This document shows positions 25,132 to 31,847 of a stretch of DNA of 32,000 bases, one piece after another. Origin of the DNA: Ignicoccus pacificus DSM 13166 (GTDB taxonomy: Archaea > Thermoproteota > Thermoprotei_A > Sulfolobales > Ignicoccaceae); the NCBI GenBank assembly GCA_025340205.1, contig CP006868.1, positions 240,001 through 272,000 on the forward strand, read 5' to 3'. Both the position numbers and the translations under genes were made by a program. Below the pieces are notes generated by a model. The model did no database searches, was not told where the DNA came from, and saw only the letters and a list, made by a program, of their open reading frames with translations. How positions within the stretch are numbered: the first letter of the stretch is position 1; every line of letters begins with the position of its first letter.

Positions 25132-25249
25132 TCTTCTCTTCCTCCTTCTTGTTTTTGAGGAAGGCGTAGGCGACCGCTCCCAAACCTATCAGGATAAGGA
25201 GCACTGCCCACCACGGGAGCTCCTCTTCCTCGCTCCTCTTCTGAGGCAT
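25118..25249 (-). CDS. Unlisted 43-aa single-pass membrane peptide
   Basis: It runs ATG to TAA and encodes MPQKRSEEEELPWWAVLLILIGLGAVAYAFLKNKKEEEKSEEG. This gives charged ends around one TM helix. It overlaps the start of the downstream membrane-protein gene by 14 nt. Confidence 0.35.
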   Translation of the reverse strand: MPQKRSEEEELPWWAVLLILIGLGAVAYAFLKNKKEEEKSEEG

Positions 25250-25473
25250 TCTTTCTTGCACCCCTTCTCATTGCTCGTATTAGTAGCACTTCAGTATAGC
25301 TTTGATTGCGTTATTAGGGGATGACATCAAAGATTGCTAATACAGACTCAAACACCTCATTATATGCAAAGTACCCACAGTATCTGGCGTAACTAAGGGC
25401 GATACGACCTTAGCTGAACTAATGTCGGGAGAATGAGCTTGAAGAAGACGACGAAATGCAATTAACTCTCTAA

Positions 25474-25674
25474 TTAAGGAAAGATTATGGTTGGGATTAA
25501 GCGTAAGTACTCTTTACACAAAACCTTGGAGGCATTCAGTATCTCAATTTCAACTACCTCTCCGTCCTTGAAGTGCACAATAGCGTTTCCTATTTCTTCT
25601 GCGTAATCGAGCTTATCAACGTCCTTGAGTTTAATCAAAAGGGTGTCGGTCTCCTTATCGTATTCAACACTCAT
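25474..25674 (-). CDS. DUF2283-family small protein (antitoxin-like partner of DUF4258)
   Basis: MSVEYDKETDTLLIKLKDVDKLDYAEEIGNAIVHFKDGEVVEIEILNASK fits the YD.e.D.Lyi.l......e...i.v.....G.ivgIEIl.AS pattern. Confidence 0.8.
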   Translation of the reverse strand: MSVEYDKETDTLLIKLKDVDKLDYAEEIGNAIVHFKDGEVVEIEILNASKVLCKEYLRLIPTIIFP

Positions 25675-25914
25675 ACCTCTCCCTCCTCGCCTTGTAGCAA
25701 GTTACTACTATTAGTTGATCACCTTTTTCTTCAAAGACCACCCTTAGCAAATACCTTTCGCCGAGAGTCTTTTGAGCTATCTTTCGACCGAACTTACCCT
25801 CAATTTACCCTCAATTACGCAGTCGGGTTCCAAAAGAGCGCGTACTACAACTATCTTGTTCAAGCCGTACTTTCTAATTCTATCTTCCGCGTGATTTGTG
25901 AACTTGACCTTCAA
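25664..25914 (-). pseudogene. DUF4258-family toxin-like gene disrupted by an 11-nt tandem duplication
   Basis: The TTG at 25914 opens MKVKFTNHAEDRIRKYGLNKIVVVRALLEPDCVIEGK. A duplicated TTACCCTCAAT (25794-25804 and 25805-15) then shifts the frame, giving a TAG at 25779-25777. Removing one copy restores ...VIEGKFGRKIAQKTLGERYLLRVVFEEKGDQLIVVTCYKARRERYEC, which ends 11 nt inside the DUF2283 gene. Confidence 0.7.
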
Positions 25915-26196
25915 AGTTCTTCACTATTCGAAGGATGCGGTAAGGCTTAAGGAGGAATTTCTTGAGGTGCTACTTTGCGGTTAGTAATGCATCAAGGTTA
26001 GGGACAAGATCCGGGAGTGGGCTCGAACATGTTACGCAATTATTCACGTTCGCGGTTCCTTTTGTCCATACCTAGGATCCAGGAAGTTTAAGCCGATAGA
26101 GGTGGTCGTTGTGCCATTAGCAATAGCTTTAGTGATAAGGAAGCTCTTGTAATAGCGTTCAGCTAATTAATCTCAAAAATTCACTCTTCTCATGAA

Positions 26197-26272
26197 GGCG
26201 GGCGGGCCGGGATCAGAGTGTCAGCTGTCGATCATCAATCTCCACAGGGGGTTCTCATCATCCCCGCCCGCC
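26197..26272 (-). ncRNA. GC-clamped box C/D (K-turn)-like small RNA candidate, copy 2
   Basis: The minus strand reads GGCGGGCGGGG-AUGAUGA-(38 nt)-CUGA-U-CCCGG-CCCGCCCGCC. The clamp, boxes and 38-nt spacing match copy 1, but the interior is unrelated. Confidence 0.45.
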
Positions 26273-26737
26273 AATGCCCCTAACTTCGGGAGAATAATCA
26301 CAATAAAGAGCAAGGCGAAACTAATCCTCAAAAATCCTTACTCATCTCCAAACAATCCGTTCCTCTTTCTTGGATTCTCCCTCATTCGAACATGCAATCA
26401 GCAGTTCGAGGATTTTCTTACGACTTCTACATCATACACAAGTGACACGACTAGATCAAATACGATCTCCTTGTTGATCAACTTGAACAGTTCTCGTGAA
26501 CATCTAGGTCATAGCATATCATCGATCCTTTCATTGAGGGGGTTCTACTCAAAGCTGACGCGTTCGGAAGGAGCTAATGGAACCCTCCATTACTCGAGAT
26601 CTCACTCACAATGAGATTATTCTGAGAGAAGTCGGGAAGAGTCAATCCCTAACTACCGGGGTATAGCCTAAACGTTCGCATGTGATTGGATCCATGCTTT
26701 TACCGCTGAGGGATCATTACTACGCTGGGTTCCAAGC

Positions 26738-27274
26738 TTGTCCCTCCTCGAAAAGGCAAAGGAAAAGCTAGAGGAACCAGCAAAGGACAACTTTATCAAA
26801 AAGAAAGTCGAGGACTCCATCTACGAGGCCTTCTTAGCGAAAAAGCTAGTTGAGGAAGGTCTTATCAGGAACGCTTGTGGGAAAGCCTTCCAAGCTTGGA
26901 AAGAATTGCTCTCAGCTCTCCTTTACTTGAAGAAGGACGAGATCTTAAAGCTATTGAAGGATGAAAGGCAGAAGGAGTGGTTCTTAAAGAAAGGAGTATA
27001 CGCTCCTAGTTCAAGGTTAAGTCCGTTGAGCAAGTTGCTGGAAGAAGTGGGCATAAGTGAGATCAGTCCTTGGACGGACAAGGCTCTACGGATTCATGCC
27101 TATCAATACCAAGGTCCAGATCCGGAAGGACTCTGGGGAGGGCCGGTTGATAAAGAAGATGCTTTGAAGGATATGGAAATGTTACTGAGAAAGTGGAAGG
27201 AGTATGTGAAGGAGTACTTTGAAAGCTATTTGGATGACGATCTGAAAGAGGTTCTAGAGCGCTCGATCAAGTAA
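26738..27274 (+). CDS. PaREP1-family protein
   Basis: LVEEGLIRNACGKAFQAWKELLSALL matches the PaREP1 core (eGl.rNAaGKafqAwKall.al). The start is TTG. This family is typical of crenarchaeal accessory regions. Confidence 0.65.
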   Translation: MSLLEKAKEKLEEPAKDNFIKKKVEDSIYEAFLAKKLVEEGLIRNACGKAFQAWKELLSALLYLKKDEILKLLKDERQKEWFLKKGVYAPSSRLSPLSKLLEEVGISEISPWTDKALRIHAYQYQGPDPEGLWGGPVDKEDALKDMEMLLRKWKEYVKEYFESYLDDDLKEVLERSIK

Positions 27275-27278
27275 CATT

Positions 27279-28325
27279 GTGTCTGTGAAAACCAAGGGGA
27301 CAAATGAGGTTCTCGACACTACCAGTTTCAAAACCTCACCTCTGCTTTCCGAGCGGGTAAGAGACTTGGAGTACGCTATAGTTGCAGAGAACTTGGTGAA
27401 GCGGTTCGGTCCCATAGTGGCGGTAAACGGAGTAACCTTCAAGGTGAAGAAGGGAGAGAGGTTCGGCTTCCTAGGCCCCAATGGAGCCGGAAAGACCACA
27501 ACCGTTCACATACTAACTACCTTGCTCAAGCCCGACGAAGGTAAGGCCTTGGTAGCGGGTCATGACGTAGTGAAGGAGGCTAGAGAAGTTAGGAAGAAGA
27601 TAGGAGTGGTCTTCCAAGACCCGGCCTTGGATACCCACCTAACCGCCTACGAGAACCTCTACATCCACGGAAGGCTCTACGGCCTCAGAGGGAAGGAGCT
27701 CAAGGAGAGAATTGAAGAAGTCTTGAAGTTCTTCGATCTCTACGAGCATAAAGACAGAGTAGTGAGGTTCTTCTCAGGAGGAATGAGGAGGAGGCTGGAG
27801 ATTGCTAGAGCTTTAATGCACAGGCCAGAGGTCCTCTTCCTCGACGAGCCCACCGTAGGCCTAGACCCCCAGTCTAGAGCGAAGGTATGGGATTACATAA
27901 GAGGTGTGAACGAGGAGTTCGGAATAACCGTATTCCTTACAACCCATTACATGGATGAGGCCGACAGGCTTTGCCACAGGATAGCCATAATCGACAGAGG
28001 AAAGATCATAGCTGAAGGGAGCCCCGATGAGTTAAAGAGGATGATTGGAAAGGAGATAATCTACGTGAAGACTGAGATAGAGCCGAAGTGTCCTGAGGAC
28101 TTCGAATGTGAGAAGAAGGACAACTTGTTGATAATAAAGGTTGAGAACGCCGCCAGAGCTCTGCCGAAGGTAATGGAACTGCTAACTCCCTACAAGATAC
28201 TGGAGGTCAACGTGAAGAGGCCTACGCTAGACGACGTCTTCTTAGAGCTCACCGGAAGGGAGCTGAGGGAGGAGGGAGCGGACACCTTCGGAATATTCAG
28301 GGCAGCTGCTAGGAGGTGGATGTAA
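27279..28325 (+). CDS. ABC transporter ATP-binding protein (ABC-2/DrrA-like exporter subfamily)
   Basis: GPNGAGKTT (Walker A), FSGGMRRRLEIARAL (signature), LFLDEPTVGLD (Walker B) and THYMDEA (H-loop) are present. The start is either GTG 27279 or the in-frame TTG at 27366 (LEYAIVAENL...). Confidence 0.92.
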   Translation: MSVKTKGTNEVLDTTSFKTSPLLSERVRDLEYAIVAENLVKRFGPIVAVNGVTFKVKKGERFGFLGPNGAGKTTTVHILTTLLKPDEGKALVAGHDVVKEAREVRKKIGVVFQDPALDTHLTAYENLYIHGRLYGLRGKELKERIEEVLKFFDLYEHKDRVVRFFSGGMRRRLEIARALMHRPEVLFLDEPTVGLDPQSRAKVWDYIRGVNEEFGITVFLTTHYMDEADRLCHRIAIIDRGKIIAEGSPDELKRMIGKEIIYVKTEIEPKCPEDFECEKKDNLLIIKVENAARALPKVMELLTPYKILEVNVKRPTLDDVFLELTGRELREEGADTFGIFRAAARRWM

Positions 28326-29093
28326 ATGGATGCGTTCATAGCTATGGCTTACAGACAGCTCAAGAGGTTCCTGAGGGCGAAGCCGAGGTTAGTGTTCACG
28401 TTGATAACTCCGATAATGTGGATAGTGTTCTACGGAATTGGTTGGGCCTCCAGCATGAACTTTCCCGGAATAGAGCTCATACTGGGAACCGACTACCTCT
28501 CCTTCCTCATTCCCGGAGTCGTGGGAATGGCTGTGTTCATGGCAGGCTACATGTCGGGAGTGTCGGTGATCTGGGACAAGCACTTCGGCTTCCTGAAGGA
28601 AGTGCTAGTGGCCCCAACTCCTAGGTGGCAGAGCATTACGGGAAGGATCTTCGGTGACTCGATAGTAGCGATGATACAAGGAGTTGCTCTAGCTTTGCTA
28701 GGCTTCCTCATAGCTCACAACATGAACCCTTGGGGACTTCCGATAGTGTTCCTAGCCTCCTTCTTGACGGCCTTCGGATTCGCTTCTATAGGAACTGCCA
28801 TCGCTGCTTCAGGAAAGTTCAAGACGATAGAGGGCTTCCAAGCGTTCGTGAACCTAGTCACCTTCCCGGTTATATTCTCATCCGGAGCCTTCTTCCCACT
28901 GAACAACGTGCCGGACTGGTTCAAGTCAATAGCTTACGTCAATCCGCTGACCTACTCCGTCGACGCGATGAGGCTAGCATTAGCCGGAGTCGGGAGCTTC
29001 CCCATGTGGGAGGATTTACTTGCGCTCGTGATCTTCGCCCTCACCTCCGGAGCCATAGCGGCCTACTTCTTCGAGAGGAGCACCCTCGACTGA
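28326..29093 (+). CDS. ABC-2 type transporter permease
   Basis: The ATG follows the ATPase stop directly. The product has 6 predicted TM segments and an ABC-2 permease-like layout. Confidence 0.85.
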   Translation: MDAFIAMAYRQLKRFLRAKPRLVFTLITPIMWIVFYGIGWASSMNFPGIELILGTDYLSFLIPGVVGMAVFMAGYMSGVSVIWDKHFGFLKEVLVAPTPRWQSITGRIFGDSIVAMIQGVALALLGFLIAHNMNPWGLPIVFLASFLTAFGFASIGTAIAASGKFKTIEGFQAFVNLVTFPVIFSSGAFFPLNNVPDWFKSIAYVNPLTYSVDAMRLALAGVGSFPMWEDLLALVIFALTSGAIAAYFFERSTLD

Positions 29094-29098
29094 TTTTT
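29094..29098 (+). terminator. Oligo-T tract after the ABC permease
   Basis: In TGATTTTTCT the T5 run starts directly after the stop. Confidence 0.35.
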
Positions 29099-29160
29099 CT
29101 GTAATTTAGATCCTGGGTAATACCTAGATATCTCAAATCACTCCTACCTGCAGGGAGCAC

Positions 29161-29168
29161 AATATAAA
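29161..29168 (+). promoter_or_regulatory. TATA-like box (AATATAAA) for the PqqD-like gene
   Basis: It ends 31 nt upstream of the ATG at 29200. Confidence 0.3.
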
Positions 29169-29199
29169 CCCTGGAGAGTTAACTCTACCGGGAATCGCG

Positions 29200-29451
29200 A
29201 TGATAGCAAAGGGAGAGGTGTTGCGAAGGGGTCCAAGGGGAGTGCTGGTGAGACATAACGGAAAGCTCTACGAGATGGGGTACGGGGCCTACTTGCTTTG
29301 GAAGGCCTTCGAGGAGGACTCCACCCCGGAGGAGGTAATAGCGCAAGCGATAGCGATAACGGGAATGAGGAGGGAGGAGGCTGAGAGCATAGTTTACAGC
29401 TTCGTGGAGACGTTTAGGCAAATAGGTCTCATAGGCGACCCAGAGCCTTGA
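29200..29451 (+). CDS. PqqD-like small protein (RiPP-recognition-element / peptide chaperone fold)
   Basis: The 83-aa product, ..VLVRHNGKLYEMGYGAYLLWKAFEEDSTPEEVIAQAIAITGMRREEAESIVYSFVETFRQIGLI, fits the PqqD pattern (..y.LN..a..iw.l.dg..t..ei...l......e.a..dv..fl..L...gli). Confidence 0.45.
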   Translation: MIAKGEVLRRGPRGVLVRHNGKLYEMGYGAYLLWKAFEEDSTPEEVIAQAIAITGMRREEAESIVYSFVETFRQIGLIGDPEP

Positions 29452-30079
29452 GAACCTCCTCTACGGCCTTTTCCGGATCCTCGCTCTTGGTGATGTATCC
29501 TCCTACCACAACTATGTCCGCCTTCCCTATGAAGTCCTTAACGGTTTCCGGCCTGAGACCTCCGGCTACAGCTACCACTAGCCCCATCTCCCTTATCTTA
29601 GCAGCTAGATCCGCTAGCTGAGCAGCAGTAATTCCATACTTCACTTGCTGGGAAATTCCTACGTGGAGCTCCACTGCCTTTACTCCCAGCTCCTTGAGCT
29701 CCTTTGCCCTCTGAAGGGGATCCTTAACGTGCATTAAATCAGCTACCACCACCTTTCCTTCCTTCTCCGCTACCTCCACAGCTTCTTGAATGACTGAGTC
29801 ATCGGAGAAGGCCATTACAGTCATGGCTTGAGCTCCGGCGTTAAAGGCCATGGTAGCCTCTAGGGCTCCGGTGTCACAAGTCTTGGTATCAGCTAGGGTA
29901 GGCCTTCCTAAAGCGCTTATGACCTTCACCGCCTCCATTCCGGCGCTCTTGATGAGAGGGGTTCCCACCTCAAGTATGTCAGCTTTCATCGCTTTTACAG
30001 CCACTTTCACGGCATCCCTGAGGTCCACGAAGTCCAAGGCCACTTGGAGTAGAGGTCTCTCCCTTCTCTCCCATACCAT
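29429..30079 (-). CDS. hxlA: 3-hexulose-6-phosphate synthase family enzyme (OMP decarboxylase suprafamily)
   Basis: LQVALDFVDLRDAV...ILEVGTPLIKSAGMEAV...ADTKTCDTG...VAVAGGL...IVVVGGYITKSEDP are HPS/KGPDC signature blocks. Confidence 0.82.
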   Translation of the reverse strand: MVWERRERPLLQVALDFVDLRDAVKVAVKAMKADILEVGTPLIKSAGMEAVKVISALGRPTLADTKTCDTGALEATMAFNAGAQAMTVMAFSDDSVIQEAVEVAEKEGKVVVADLMHVKDPLQRAKELKELGVKAVELHVGISQQVKYGITAAQLADLAAKIREMGLVVAVAGGLRPETVKDFIGKADIVVVGGYITKSEDPEKAVEEVLKALGRL

Positions 30080-30216
30080 TCCTTTTCCACCGAGTTAAGT
30101 GAGGGAAGGGCGTTAATGAGGGGAAATCTCTAAGGCTTGAATGTGAGTCCAGCTCGATGCACCTTGCACCCTTATATTAAAACCTTCCACGGCCTTTTCA
30201 TTTCGGTGAAGAAGAG

Positions 30217-30795
30217 ATGCCCAAGGACTTCCTGAGGCAGATAGTGAACCCAACCCTCTTGGAGTTCGAGATACCGGCGCAAGTACTGATAGAGATAAGG
30301 AAGAAGATTGAGGCAGCTGAAAACAAGTACAACTTCAGCGCCTTCGGAGGAGACGTCAAGAACTTGGTCAAGTTCCTCCAGTCTCCAGAGTGGAAGGAGT
30401 TGGTAGCACTCTTCGAGGCTGCCAACGCTAAGGTCGCCCTCATAAAGATACTCGAGAATGCCAAGGAAGCTTACAAGGACTATCCAGAGGTGGTCAAGGC
30501 GATAGAAGAGGCCTTGAAGGCCCTCGAGAAAGGGGAGGAGGTAAAGGCGATAACCAAGCTGGAGGAGCTGAAGAAGAACGTAGAGAAGGCCCTAGAGGGT
30601 AAGTATCCCACTAGGATATCTGAGAACAAGGTAGTTGTTGAGAGCGACAAGCTAGAGGCCTACATAGAGGAGGACTCCGGAGAGTACAAGATGAAGGTAG
30701 AGGTGAGGGGAACCAAGGTAACCGCCACTTGGGAGGAAGCGAAGAAGATACTCCAAAAGGCAAAGGAATTAGCTGATGCCCTCAATCCTCCGTAA
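30217..30795 (+). CDS. Hypothetical K/E-rich, probably coiled-coil protein
   Basis: This is a 192-aa ATG-start ORF with helical heptad-like composition. I recognise no motif. Confidence 0.5.
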   Translation: MPKDFLRQIVNPTLLEFEIPAQVLIEIRKKIEAAENKYNFSAFGGDVKNLVKFLQSPEWKELVALFEAANAKVALIKILENAKEAYKDYPEVVKAIEEALKALEKGEEVKAITKLEELKKNVEKALEGKYPTRISENKVVVESDKLEAYIEEDSGEYKMKVEVRGTKVTATWEEAKKILQKAKELADALNPP

Positions 30796-30806
30796 GGTGA
30801 TAGAGC

Positions 30807-31259
30807 TTGAAGGACGTTGAAGCCAAGTTCGATCGTCTTTTTGAATGTCTCGTTATGTGCTTGGAGATACTGCTGATACTCCTAACAGCAGGCTTCACCG
30901 TCCTCTCCCTCTTCTGGTTCGGAACGACGCTATACCATGACTTCATGACTATACAAGAGCTGAACAAGGACGTAATAGTAAAGCTACTGGACATAACCTT
31001 ACTGACCCTAATAATCATCGACGTGCTCCAGATAGTTGTGGCAAGGTACACCAGCAGCTACGAGTACCTAAGGGTGGCGGTCGAGGTAGGTATACTATCC
31101 ATGCTGAGGGAACTGATATCAATCGAGATCAAGAAACCTGACCCATGGAAAGTGATCGCCTTCGCACTTACCATACTGATACTCTTCATCGTATGGGTAG
31201 GGCTCAGCAGGTCTAAAGTTATGGAGGCAATAGAGAAGCGCTTGGGGAAAGAATCTTAG
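30807..31259 (+). CDS. Small membrane protein, PsiE-like
   Basis: It has 4 TM segments. The layout and the LDITLLTLIIIDVLQIVV / VEVGILSMLRELI blocks resemble the phosphate-starvation-inducible PsiE family. Confidence 0.4.
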   Translation: MKDVEAKFDRLFECLVMCLEILLILLTAGFTVLSLFWFGTTLYHDFMTIQELNKDVIVKLLDITLLTLIIIDVLQIVVARYTSSYEYLRVAVEVGILSMLRELISIEIKKPDPWKVIAFALTILILFIVWVGLSRSKVMEAIEKRLGKES

Positions 31260-31847
31260 ATCCTCAATCCAGTAATCCACGTACTTTTTGAGTTGCTCGT
31301 CCCTGACTCCAATTCCACACCCAGAGGCGAGGAGGGCCGGGAGATCTATTAGGGAGTCGCCTACGAATATGCTTTCCTTAACGTCTACGTCCAACCTCCT
31401 CAGAAGCCTTATCAATCCCTTCAGCTTGTTCTTGGGTTCAACTGCCGGCTCGCAGTCCTCGCATATGGGATTAGCTATCCAGAGATGAATTCCCAGGGCC
31501 TCCGCCACCCTCTTGGTGGAGGGAGCCAGGCCAGCGCTTACTAACCCTACCCCGAGTCCCCTCCTCTTCGAAAGGGAGACCGCTTCCCTAGCTCCGGGAG
31601 ACAGATATTTCTCTATATCCTCAAACACCTTCTCTATGTCTTCCAAGGTGGGCTCCCTTCCTAGTGCCTTGGTCCACCTCTCCTTGTCCCTTCTGCACCA
31701 CTCTCCATAGCTTATCTCCCCCTTGAAGTAGGCCTTCATGTCCTCTACCGATCCCTTGCTCCCGAATGCCCTATGCACCATCTCCCAGCTGCTCTTGAAA
31801 GTTACCAATACTCCGTCGACGTCGAATGCTATGAACCTAGGCCTCAT
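31119..31847 (-). CDS. HAD-superfamily hydrolase (phosphatase)
   Basis: FIAFDVDGVLV (motif I, DxDG), VSAG (motif II) and FVGDSLIDL (motif IV) are present. The conserved domain ends near residue 197, and the last 45 codons run antisense to the 30807-31259 gene. Confidence 0.8.
   Translation of the reverse strand: MRPRFIAFDVDGVLVTFKSSWEMVHRAFGSKGSVEDMKAYFKGEISYGEWCRRDKERWTKALGREPTLEDIEKVFEDIEKYLSPGAREAVSLSKRRGLGVGLVSAGLAPSTKRVAEALGIHLWIANPICEDCEPAVEPKNKLKGLIRLLRRLDVDVKESIFVGDSLIDLPALLASGCGIGVRDEQLKKYVDYWIEDLRFFPQALLYCLHNFRPAEPYPYDEEYQYGKCEGDHFPWVRFLDLD

Noticed and set aside
26192-26614. A 140-aa plus-strand ORF starting MKAGGPGSECQ...
   Set aside because: Its ATG and first codons are the flank and clamp of the RNA-like element. 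The equivalent reading frame in copy 1 (ATG at 24048) stops after 16 codons. The rest is Ser/Thr/Asn-rich low-complexity sequence in AT-rich DNA with no motif, so it is most likely fortuitous.
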